The notes under the pieces are model-generated. The model did not search any database and had not been told where the DNA came from. It saw only the letters and a list, made by a program, of their open reading frames with translations. A program made the translations under genes and the position numbers. This document shows positions 50,182 through 64,000 of a DNA stretch of 64,000 bases, piece by piece. Source of the stretch: Ancylonema sp. (lineage: Eukaryota); contig JBFLGF010000005.1 in NCBI GenBank assembly GCA_050230475.1, positions 1 through 64,000 of the forward strand. The letters run 5' to 3'. The stretch's first letter is position 1. The number at the start of each line of letters is the position of its first letter.

Positions 50182-53100
50182 AAGAATCTGCTGTGGTGGT
50201 GCGAGGACATGGGACAGGAGCAGAATCTGGTCGTGTGATTAGTGCTGCCTGAAAAAGACGGAGCATCATGACAGAATTCCAAAAGGAGGCATTTCCAACC
50301 ATCCCATCTCTGCAGCTAGAACTCCGTGGTTGGAACTTGGTGGGGGATGAAGCTAGACTGGTGGCGTGAGTCTAGCTTTTTGAAGGAGCCCTTGACAGGA
50401 TGAGCGCAGATGGTGGGGAGGACAGTTGGAGGCGGTTGCTTCATGCCGCCACATTCTTGAAAGCGTTTCGTGGTTTGTGGTGAAAGTGGATCGTGGATTG
50501 GGGAGTTACTGGCTGTTTACTTCCATCTCATGCAACTATTTCTTTGATAGGAGTCGTGCTTTGATCCGATTGTGGCGACTCATCATCCCACGTGCTCCAG
50601 CGTGATCTGAGATGCAGTTCAGGTGGCATTTCTTGATACGTAACTTCACACGTTGATGGACGATTTCATCCCTTAGCTCGGAGGCCACCCTCGTCAAGCA
50701 CTCGTTGTTCCGTTATCTCAAGTGGTGCTAGTTGCTATCTTTCTTCCGGAATTTTAATATACAAGGTCACATCATAACATCGCACTTACTTTCGTGTGCT
50801 TCGTGGAGAGTGAGTTGGTTTTACGACATAAAGTTTCACTGTCTGATGAGTTAAATCACTTATCCGGCTTGTACGCAGTGTTGGTTTTTGCGATAAAGTG
50901 ATGATGGTAGAGAGGTAATCACGATCTGAGAGTCATTGATAACGAAGTGGTCGCGAAAGTGTGAGTGAGGTTCCGTTAGTGTTTGGATACTAGTACATCT
51001 TGCGAAGAGGAATGGAACTTGTTGGGCATCGGTTGGGCATTATTTTGATGAGCTTGGTAACGTTGCTCGTGATTGCAATTACACAATCACAAGGCGGGTC
51101 GTCCATGAAGGGCCACTCTACAACATGGGTATGGCATAGTCAAGCCTTGGGGCAAACTCCGAGGCTAGGTGAGGCTATTGCGCCTACGCAACAATTGTGC
51201 ACCATACGAATGAATGGGGTCCCTCCCGTTTGTACAAATCTATACAATTGGGGCGTTTGTAGGTTGATATATGCACTCACTTCTTGATGCGTCATGATTT
51301 CCGTAGCTTTGAAATCGGCTTCTTTTCCTACGCCTTTTGTTCAGTGATGATGTGCTGACACTGAGTCCACTTGATCTGGTTGGCCGGCATGATCACTATG
51401 TCGTAAACTTTGGCACGCGGAAGTTGTTGGTTCATTAGTGGAATTTTTCTTTTTTCGCTCGCATAGTCGACTCTATCTCTTAAACATGCCTATTCCTTGT
51501 CTGTAACGCCTTAGTAGGGTGTTACGGACAAGGACTAGTCAAATTGTCCTTGACACCCTACTACGTAACATTGCTTCTTGCTGACAACAACATGATGACA
51601 ACGTCTTTTTCGAAATGGCTCACACTGTGTGTATGTAACTCAAATAACAAGTCAAAGCACTGTGTGTATGTAACAAGTCAAAGCACTAGTGCGATTTGCT
51701 TACATTGTACATGCACCAAGCTATAATGGTGCCGGCTTTGGCACCAAACAAACGTGGCCTCAATAAAATCACAGGATGGTCAGCCTACTCCAATACATCT
51801 TCAAAATAGAGTTCCCTCGAAGTAATTCATTATTCATTAGCGGAATTTCAACAACCAATATCGTATCAAATAGAGACTTCAATCCCTTTCTCGAGTAGGT
51901 AGTAGACTCTAGTTTTTTTAAGAGCGTCTGGCTTCAATAGATGACGATATCACTTCGTAACATTTCGTGTCACATCGTATTGTAGCATCAACCGTCTACA
52001 TCGCGGAAAAAATCTCCAAGAAAAAGCAAGACCGTGATAAGGAACTTCATATGCTTGTGCAAATTTGTCATTGTATCTTTATTTTTGTTATTGTAGGTGG
52101 TACCAGAGTTACGAATTTCGTACGAATTTGGATAAGCAAGTTTGCAATAAATAAAATTTTATTAGAAAGGGGCATTGATTAATCCCTCATGGAAGAGTCA
52201 CCTTTGAGTGAGCATCCTCACCCGACAACTATTATCGAATTCATGAAGTTGGTGCACAAATATCTTCTTGTACTTAGGATTTCCCATGTGTCACCCCAAG
52301 TCTCGCTCGATTGAGCACTTTATTCCAAGAAGTTGGTCGGCGGATATGGCATTGCATAAAAGACGGTGAGCTAATGCACTCCAAAACGAACGGGAGGGAT
52401 TTTTATTTAGAACCAACCCTAGAAAATACAAATCATTAGATACGGTTCGTGTTTTACCGTAAGGGAGACCGGAACAAAACATACAAAACAAGAGTACATA
52501 TCGTGCCGATATACCCAAATACCTATTTCACTAAAACAATGCTTAATTATCATCGTCTGTGAATTAATGAAATGTATCGACCTCGGCGTAGTGCGTGTAT
52601 TACCACGCTCTTTTTATTGCACACGTCGATTTCCCGTGCCCGCTGATTCGTACGAACATCCGTACAAAAGATGGTACGGAATCTTATGACATCTAAGTGG
52701 ATATCCATATGATGCTATTAAGCTGTACTTTTTTGTGATGACAAGTTTGACACGTGTGTTTGAGTGCACGTGAATTGATGTATGGAATCTACGTGTGCTA
52801 CGATCACACCACACCTCTCTATACTCACACTCGGTTGTATTTTTCATGATTATTGCGAATGACTGTGTTATTTCTTATTCGACTTCAAAAATATATGTAT
52901 TTGTATTTCGTAACCTAAAATTGACGAACCTTCCGGACCGAATTCTAAGGCCCGCATTTTGGACTGGGGTCCTTGGACTAGAGTCCTTGAAAGCCATAAT
53001 CTAGGGTAAGTATATTATTTGTTTAGGAGCTTCAAAATATTTTGAGACATTTTTCTATGGATAAACAATTTCGGAAACAAAAACTCGTAAGTACTAGGGT

Positions 53101-54268
53101 CTTGTACATGGTACATAATTGACTTGGGGGAAAAAAAAGTAGGGTGAAATTCATCGCCAAGTACATTTCCCCCCAAAAAAATACTCTTAAAAAAAAAAAA
53201 AAAAAAAAAAAGCGCAAGTCTGTCCCGAACCACATCTCAGACCGGGGCGGACCTCGAATCCAAAATCTAGTTTTGCCGGTTCGGGTAAATTTGCTTTGAC
53301 CCCGGAAATTAGGACAAAATCAATCGAGTGCACGTCCAACAAGCAATTATTGTGATACGTGATCACAAGGATAACCATAAGTAATTATTGTCACTTATGT
53401 TTCTAGGATTATAATAGTAGTTGATTTGCCATCGAATTGAAATAAAATTAACACGAGAATACTACAAATGACTTGTGACGAAACTACGTAGTCATACTGT
53501 GCGAAATGGCCTTGCGCGGGCGGTCGGGGCGACCCAGCCATAAATAATTCAGCCATAAATTATGAGGCACGCAAATAATAATAATAATAAAAAGTTTGGG
53601 GTGGTAAATCACGAAATTTAAAAAGAAAAAATGTGCAAGAATGACGGGTTATCATACAAGTAAAGCGTAAAAAATGCCGCAAGGGCGTGGTGGAAGGGGC
53701 AGGAAAGTTGAAACATTTATATCTTGGTGGAGTAAGTTGGACGGATTTTTAAATTGCTTGCCTCCGAAAATTTAACTAGCCAATACGGTGTTCTAAAAGC
53801 GTTAATAAAATACCTTTTAAAAAAAACTTGATTCGTTTTTTTAATCAACACTCAACGGGATTTGAAACAATGTAGCGTTCATTCATTTATATCATAAAAC
53901 TTTGTTATATATAATTTAAAAATCAATAAGTACCAATCGGATTTGGCACTTTTTCTTTTTTGTACGTGTTTTTGTGTTGTTCCAAAAAATACAACGTAAA
54001 ACCCCTATGTTACTTAGAACCGGGGTAGCCCCGAGCGGAATGGGATTACCAGTAGTTATAGCCTTCAAAGCTAAAAACGGAGCGGCTATGACGGGGCGGC
54101 GGTGTCGAACTGTGAGATGCCTTTTCCCAAAAAATAAAACATAGAAAGGGTTTTGTGTACTGTTAAAATCTTGACAAACAAAACCTAGAAAAAACGATAA
54201 TTTTGTTTCTTGTAGCGAGCGAATATTTTTGAATAGTGCATGGAGAGTCATCTAGGAAGACCTTGCGA

Positions 54269-54681
54269 CATAGTAGTACCCGGACGCTTTGCGGACGCGG
54301 ACGATGCGGTCGCGTCCGCTTGTGGACGTCTTTCGGACGCGTCCGCTTATTTCCGGTGGACGTCCGGGTACTTGGAGATGTATAGGAGTTTTTGATTTTT
54401 GTTCCTCACACCCCGTAGACCCCGTCTATCCCCCCCCCCCGCCAAATGCGTGTGGTATGGACGGTTAGATCACTTCTTAAATTTTCCCGGTTTCCTATAG
54501 GTTGTAGGATCTCAAGACTAGAAGAACTCAAATATCTCCGTCGTCCGGCAACTTGTCGATTCGGTTAATATCTCCTAAGTACCCGGAGGCTTTACGGACC
54601 CGGACGTCGCGGACGCGTCCGTTACCGGACGTGTTGTAAACGCGTCCGTAATATTCCCCAACCCGTCCGGGTACTACTATG
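54269..54681. mobile_element. hAT MITE (413 bp)
   Basis: Perfect 18-bp TIRs CATAGTAGTACCCGGACG / CGTCCGGGTACTACTATG. TSD ccttgcga/tcttgcga. CGGACGCGTCCG subterminal palindromes. Confidence 0.93.
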
Positions 54682-55532
54682 TCTTGCGAGGTTGTTTCTT
54701 ATAACGGTTATTTGACACTTTTACAATCAAACCCCGATCAAAGAAACTTCGTTATACATTATTTCGTACACGATACTTCTCGCTAAAATAAACTTTCCCC
54801 GTATTTTATTTGAACCGCCAACACTCCCCCGATGTTAGCATAAGAAACCAAAATACAAAGAAAAAAAAAACCCCAAGTTTTAAAATTACGGTTTTCTTAT
54901 AGAACGCCCCTAAATTATCAATTCCCCAACCAATATGATTCACCGGTTGATAATTCGTACATTGATTTCCTCGCAGAATTTCTCGCACCTCCTGTAATTC
55001 TTGTTTTACGAGTAGAACGCGAGACTAAAAATTACCATGAAAAAAATCCAAGGTCCTCAAATTCAGGTATTACACTTTTATATTTACAAAAAATTGCAGT
55101 CCCGAGGTCCCCGTTCTGGACCAAGATCCGTCCTAACTTTTTATTAAAAAAAAACAGTATCGTACGCTCAAAGATTTGACGACTTGGAATTATGGTTTCA
55201 TACCTCGTTACAACAAACAATTTCGCGAGGTCTCCCGTAGGAATTTTGTTATACACAATATAAGAAATACTCGCTATAATAAACCTTTCCCTTAACATTG
55301 ATAGGTTTGTTATATTATATTATTATATATGTTTGAGTGTATTTACATCGTCAAATCTTGAGGGTACGACAAGTTTTGAGAACGTTTTTTGCACATGTGC
55401 AATCCCTAGATCGGAACACTAACGAAGCTCTTGTGGCAACAATTTTACTCAACGTTGTTAATTATGTGAGGACATCAATTGATGCAAAAAAGCCAAGAAG
55501 GGGATACTTTTTGGAGAAGGTTCTGGTGCACT

Positions 55533-56078
55533 TAGTGAACCCTCAATATAGTGACACACTCTATAGTGACAATCTCGACATACCAATAAGTGTTCTGTCC
55601 TTTCCCCAATTTACAAAGTGACATTGCTATAGTGACACACGTATTATTAACCGAGACTCCACATACTTTACTATTGCGATGTCACTATAGCGAGCGATAT
55701 AAGAACAAACGGCCTAGATGACCCACCTCCCTTCAGATTTTAAAAAAAATCACTTAAATAGAGGAGCAAATATATGACGTTCATGATGTTAGAACGTTTT
55801 TATAAGATCATCTGATTTTTTCTTTCGAACACTTATATTCATGCTTCATCCATGGATAAATAGTGCTCCCACGTATGTGGAAGGATAAAAATAAACGTTC
55901 CTAAAAATGTTGTTTTTTTTTTTTTTTTTTTTTTTGGCGGGATCGATATAGCAACATTTTCCCACTGTCACCCAATGTCGCTTTCAAATGTCACGTGTTT
56001 AGTGATAGCCCTCACATTCGATACATTGACACAAATCCCCAATGTCCATAGAATTGACACTGTATCGAGGGACCACTA
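55533..56078. mobile_element. Decayed Tc1/mariner-like MITE related to 5495-6066
   Basis: Degenerate TIRs TAGTGAACCCTCAATATAGTGACA / TGACACTGTATCGAGGGACCACTA and the same TATAGTGACA internal repeats. Confidence 0.65.
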
Positions 56079-56826
56079 TGGTAAACCCCGCAACATTATA
56101 TTTCTAGTTATGTTTTATACATACAGTAATACCCGTCTTTTTTCATAATATCGGACCGGAAAGTATCATTAATTAATGCACGTTTACCTAAGAGAGGATC
56201 GGTTCCGAATGACATGAAACCAGTATTACTATGTGAATACGAGGGGCAACAAGTTGATAACCATGTCGAAATCAACCCAAACGTGTATATTCACATAGTC
56301 ATAATCATAATAATAATGATATTAATGTAGTTATATATTTTAGCCAACCCTCCATATTTGTACCCCGCATTACTCTACAAAATGACCATTTTTTTCGGAA
56401 TTCGGTTTTACTTTAAAATATAAATCCGGTTTTTTTTTGTTTTTCGTTTTTATTTTCGTTTTTGTTTCTCACTGTCCCCAAATTTTTTTACCCCTATTCC
56501 GTACAAAAAGTTGTCCGAATACGTACGGGTTCCGTACATTATTCATCAGCACAGTAATTAACACGTTGGCGGGATCGGGAAAAAAGTATTAGTTATCACG
56601 TTTGAGAGGTTAGTTTTTTTTTTTTTCTCTCTCAAGGTCGAGACCGGGATTTTTTTTAAGACAAGTTAATAATGTAGGCAGTACGATCTAAGATTTTTTT
56701 TGTTGTATAACGTGGTTTGTGTTCTTATATCGGGAAATGTTTCTCGCTTTTCTTCGTCCAAAACAATGTTTCTCATACCGGGGCTCGGTTGTACGGCGGT
56801 CTAGGACAACCAATTTTTCAGGAAGT

Positions 56827-56910
56827 GGGTACCAGGTTTGGGATCCCAGTTTTGAGATACTAGTTTTGGGATACCAGGTTTGGGATACCAGGTTTGGGAT
56901 ACGAGTTTTT
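56827..56910. repeat. Tandem array of a 14-bp unit (GGGATACCAGGTTT), about 6 copies
   Basis: Directly visible; units differ by 1-3 bases and have no spacers. Confidence 0.85.
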
Positions 56911-56911
56911 C

Positions 56912-58437
56912 CATAGTAGCATGCAAACGGCAAAAATCGGCCCATACGGCTTTTGCCATACGCGGACGTATGGCATACGCCCATACGGCCAAAATTGTAC
57001 TTAGCGAAAAAATTACACCCCTCTAAATTGCGGATCCGGGCCCGGCTAGAGATGATTGGCTGGGTGTCTCGGACGGAGATTGGGGGATGGGGGTACGTCA
57101 TTGAGAAGAGATGACGTCCCTAAGTAATTTATGATGCGGAACCTTACTACGAGGTTTCGCATGTAGATAAGAATGCCACCAAGCTTATCAAAACGATAAG
57201 TTAAGGATACCTCAACAAATTAAAAGGCATAGAAGGCATATTCGACATGCTCGGTTCTCGAACCAACGTCTACACGTGCAAACTATGGCGGCAGATGCAA
57301 GCTTGTACAAAAACTAACTATCAAACAGGTGCGACATAGGCCGCTGTCACTAATCAAATCTGAAAATACTTCCATGAGAGTTACACGGCGCGTGAGATGT
57401 CACCATGTCCGATGCGGAGAATGAACCAAATGTTGTTCCGAAAAAAGATCCGCCAAGCTTACCTTTTGAAGAGCTTTTGAACGAACGATTCGTTTTGGGA
57501 CCACCTCTTAGTAGAGCTAGAAATAGGAAAGCAACCCGTAAACTTTGTAATCGTACTTTTACCTCCTCCGGAAATCGAAGATAGGCACACTTGCTTCAGT
57601 GGGAGAAGCAAGGAGTAGGGCTATGCGGTGTCATCATCAAGAAGCGTCTCGGTTGGTTGACCCGCTGTACACATTATATTAAGTAAAGATTGTGATAACT
57701 TTCGGTGTGTTGATGCAACTTACTCCGTTCCACATCTCCAAGAAATCGGGCGAAGAGTGAAATCACTTGTGAGCAGTGTGGGGGCATGCGAGAGGATTTG
57801 GAGTGATTATTTTTCATAGCAAGAGGAAGAATAAGTTGACGCCAGTTAGAGCAAATGATATAGTCTATGTGTTCACCAATTCTAAGATGATGGCGTTTTT
57901 TTTTGGCCCCGAGAAGTTTGAGGTTTGGGTGGATGAGATGGGAGAGGAGGATAGTGAAATATAAAATAAAAATAGCAAAGTAGAGTGTTTTTTTTAAATT
58001 GATAATAAATTGATGATATTACGTAATATCGGAACACATTTTCCCAAGCAAATCCATTTTGTGGTTGAGAATCAATCGCTGTAAATCCAGAATATTAAGT
58101 ATGGAGCTTGAAAGAAAATATGTGGTGAAGAAGGTTGGAAAAGAAAAGAAAAGAAGAATCGGGAAATAATTTGAAAATATACTTGCAAGGCAAAAGCTAC
58201 GGAAATGGAAAATACAAAAAATAAAATAAAAAGAAGGGAAATACCGAAAATGAATACCGGAAAAAAAAGGGGGGGGGTAGTGTACGGCCGTTTGGAAAAC
58301 GGCCGTACAATGTACGGACGTTTGGAAAGGTGCGTTTGGACCAGCGTATGGTGTTGCGTCCGTACGGCTAAAATTGCCGTTTTGACGTTTGGACGTTTTG
58401 CGTTTGCAAAACGCGTACGTGTTTTGATGCTACTATG
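56912..58437 (+). mobile_element. Internally deleted hAT transposon (1526 bp) with transposase remnants
   Basis: TIRs CATAGTAGCAT / ATGCTACTATG. Perfect TSD agtttttc. BED-finger-like remnant 'FWDH...KLCNRTFTSSGNRR*AHLL' at about 57495-57600 and dimerisation-domain remnant 'ACERIWS / FHSKRKNKLTPVRANDIVYVFTN' at about 57785-57890. Confidence 0.9.
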
Positions 58438-59193
58438 AGTTTTTCTACAGGAAACCCTGACATTCGCCAAAGTGACACAAAATCTATAGAATCGACACTG
58501 TATCGAGGGAACACTATGATGAACCCCGCAACATTATATTTCTGGTTATATTTTATACATATAGTAATACCCGTCTTAATTCATGATATCGGACCGGAAA
58601 GTATTATTGATCTGTGCAGGTTATTACCTAAGACAGGATCGGTTCCGAATGACATGAAACAAGTATTACTACGTGAATATGAGTGGCAACAGGTTGATAT
58701 TCATGTCGAAATCAACCCAAACGTGTATATTAACGTTGTCATAATCATAATGACATAAAGGTAGTTATATATTTAAGCCAACCCTCCATATTTGTACCCC
58801 GCATCACTCTCCAAAATGACCAATTTTTTTTTCGGAATTCGTTATTATTTAAAAATATGAATCCGGTTTTTTTTTTTTTTTTTTTTAAATCCCTGTTCCC
58901 CAAAACTTTTACCCCTAATCCGTACAGAAATTTGTCCGAATACGTACGGGTTCCGTACATTATTCATCAGCACAGAAATTAGCACGTTGGCGGGACCGGG
59001 ATTACGAGAACTCAAGGCCCCAGAAGCTGCTTAGGAATTAATATGATGACCCGGATTTTAGACTCAATGGGAAATCGGTTATTAATTTGAGGGTCATTTA
59101 ACCTGGCCAGCACGGTAATTTAGTATGATATGATTTGATATAATGTACTATGATATAATTTGATACAATGTACTATGATATGGTATCTTGCAG

Positions 59194-61391
<2,198 letters not shown>

Positions 61392-62209
61392 AAGACTCAA
61401 GGGGATTGGGTTTGGATACATGTGTAGATACAGGTGTATTTGTGGGGTAGCGAGGGAGCAAGAATGTGTGGAAATTTTGAGGAGCGTATTCCCATTTTTT
61501 GTTATTGGTTGTTCAACAGCGAGTGGTTTTGAACCATAAGTAGTTGTTGCGTGAATCATTTGATGGCAGTCCACCAGGTTGTGGTTTGTGTCCTCCTCTG
61601 TATCTTGCCTCTACGCACAAACCCGACTAGGCGTTAACAAACTGTTATGCAATTATCAGCATATGTACTTGCATGTATGCAGTCAAATGCATGTTTTTTA
61701 AGATCCTGTCTTAAAAAATAATGTTGGGACCGGAAATATTATCAATCAGACAGGATATTACCTATAAGAGAATTGGTTACAAATGCCCTGAAACCAGTAT
61801 GTGAATACGGGGGGCAACAGGTTAATATCCTGGTCGGAATCAAACCAAAAGTGTATTTCCACGTAGTCATAATCATAATGATATAAACATAGTAGTTGAA
61901 AACATGGTCCGACCCTCAATATTTGTACCCCGCATGACTTCATAAAAAGCCGATTTTGTAACAATTACTTCTCGTTTTGTTTTGTTCTTTTCCCCCCCCC
62001 CCTCGCCCTACCCCACAATATAATCCCCAATCCGTACAAATATTGTGTACGTACCAATATTGTGTACGTACCGATTCCGTACAGTATTAATCAATATTAT
62101 TTCGGCGGGATTGGAAAGATGTATTAGTTGTCACGTTTCAATGGTTTGTGAATAATTATACTCACCCAAGGTCGGGACCAGGAAGAATATTATATACCAT
62201 TGGTTATTA

Positions 62210-63036
62210 CAGTGCTCCCTCGACATAATGACCCTCTTTATAACGACAACCTTGATATATCGATAGCTTTTTTGAACTTTTTTAAAATCAATATGAAATC
62301 GCCCTCGATATAAGCATACAACGACACTCTATATAATGACAAATTATTTCACAAATTTGTTACTTAATGTCCTTATACCTTGTATATAACGTTATTGCTC
62401 GCAGATAACGATGTATGGAAATCGAGAAAAATCTAGAAAACTCATGAACGACACCTCAAATTCTCTACAACGTGTTCGAGTTGTTCCATTTGTCATCTCA
62501 AGAGAACGCCGCCTCTGTCCTCCTCGGGTCAAGAACTAAGCTCTTGTATATGTAGCAGTAGTTCCTCCTGGGTTGAGAAGCACTCACAAGTTACACTCAT
62601 GCTATGTTAACGTTACTAGCTGTCAAAAAGTGTCCATGTTGTTCATTGTTCCAACCGTCCACTGCATTTACTCCATGTCCAACAGAATGTGCGTGTCCGG
62701 TGTTGCTTTGAAACAACCTTAATACCTCCCCAACTCTCCTCGTAACGTTTTGTGGTATATTTTGTCCATCCTCAAGTATTGGTATCATGACGCACTAGTA
62801 TACCTCGAATGTCAACACACACGCTAAATTGGATAATCATGCCAAGGCAACTTACTCTAGGAAACACGTAATAAACACATTTGCTTATTCACTTTGCTTC
62901 ATTCGCAAAGTCCCTCGATACAATGACCGAGATTTCAGATTCTGGTAGGAAATGTCGTTATACAGTGCATAACGACACTTCGATAAAACGACACTTTATT
63001 GGGATTTTTTTTGGTCGTTATATCGAGGGAGCACTG
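62210..63036. mobile_element. Tc1/mariner-like non-autonomous element (827 bp)
   Basis: 24-bp TIRs CAGTGCTCCCTCGACATAATGACC / GGTCGTTATATCGAGGGAGCACTG (22/24). TA on the left only. Confidence 0.85.
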
Positions 63037-63215
63037 TTATTAAGAAAACAATAATTAAGAAAGGTCTTACTGCCCACGTCTCGACCCTTGTTGACGTTCA
63101 ACAAAGATGTGAGTCCGGACCGATCCGTTGGTTTGCTAAACCACTAAATTAAAGAGGGTCCTTGATTTTGTTATATATGAACAAAATCATGGGCTGCAGT
63201 GTTTTCTTTTTTATA

Positions 63216-63730
63216 CCGTACTGGCCACACATAATGACCCGCAAATAATTATGAAAAGGGTGAGTCGGGTCAAATTAAATAGTTTTTTTTTTTTTTTTTT
63301 TTTTCAAGGGTCATTCTCTTATGTGGGTCTCCAGATAATAAATATTTTTCAGGATTTTGGGAAATTTCTATTGGGTGCGCGGGATGGGTCAAGTGGTAGT
63401 TTTTCAGATGAATTCATTCTTTTTTTTAAACCCGGGTCAGTATGTATGGCCACAACGGGTATTTTTTGTTGCATCATTGCCCGCGGTAGGTTGGTGTACC
63501 ACACATAATGACCCGAATATTAAAAAAACGAAATACTTTAGCTAATGAACCACCATTTGACTCAACCCGCACCCAATATACCTTCTCCCAATCACCTAAA
63601 AAATAGTTATAATTTGGTGACCTACACATTAAAAGATGACCCACTTTGTACAAAAAAAATGAATTATTTGATTTGACTCGACCCACCCTTTTCAGAATTA
63701 TTTGAGGGTCACTATGTGTGGACAGTATGG
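63216..63730. mobile_element. Two adjacent, oppositely oriented copies of the 37755-37992 MITE family
   Basis: TA-CCGTACTGGCCACACATAATGACCC ... GGGTCAGTATGTATGGCCACAACGG (63216-63459) and CCACACATAATGACCC ... GGGTCACTATGTGTGGACAGTATGG-TA (about 63497-63730). Confidence 0.8.
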
Positions 63731-64000
63731 TAGGCAACTAAGTTGTCAATACGTCAATACCCACGATTGACGTATCCCGTGGGGATTCAGAAGCCATTTC
63801 TTTGTATTTTTCTCATGAATTCATAGGTTGTCCGGGGGAATCCATGACACATACGAGCACCTATACATCTATACATGGAGACCAACGTATGTTTTGTTTT
63901 CTGCAGTTATTCCAATTCCGATGGTGGATCTGCAATCTAGCGCTTGTCCGGATGGGGGCGTCGAATGTGAGTTTCTTTTTAAAAACAAACTTCATATGCA

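Noticed and set aside
50900..51500. Cys-rich minus-strand stretch, possibly a transposon coding relic
   Set aside because: Interrupted by stops and no family motif could be identified.
56827..56910. CRISPR-like short repeats
   Set aside because: Contiguous 14-bp units with no unique spacers, no cas genes, eukaryotic context.
56009..59001. Direct repeats as LTRs of a retroelement
   Set aside because: No TG...CA ends, PBS, PPT or flanking TSD seen; the interior is a hAT element.

Overview
Eukaryotic nuclear DNA from a green plant, most likely a streptophyte alga (inference from a plant-type PEPC ending in QNTG and an IRX10/XYS1 xylan synthase occurring together with an SLBP gene, which land plants are reported to lack). 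GC-rich intron-containing genes sit in compact islands separated by AT-rich spacers full of non-autonomous DNA transposons. Genes in order: 3' part of UTP20 (+), a possible orphan membrane-protein gene (-), an ER DnaJ protein of the DNAJC25/C50 type (+), ribokinase (-) head-to-head with PEPC (+), IRX10-type GT47 (+), a DUF2431/BMT5-like rRNA methyltransferase (-) head-to-head with a histidine-phosphatase-family gene (+), histone mRNA stem-loop binding protein SLBP (-) head-to-head with ERCC1 (+), and a 5'-incomplete PUF-like/RING gene (+). The spacers hold several hAT elements with TIRs and 8-bp TSDs (Ac/Ds-like CAGGGATG/TAGGGATG ends and a CATAGT-ended group, one keeping BED and dimerisation-domain remnants), TA-flanked Tc1/mariner-type MITEs, nested insertions and a decayed Ty1/copia fragment. 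Best leads: SLBP in a streptophyte-type genome sharing an E2F-site promoter with ERCC1, the PUF-RING fusion, and a PEPC with a degenerate phosphorylation motif. Exon boundaries were read by eye from GT/AG and frame continuity; no searches were run.
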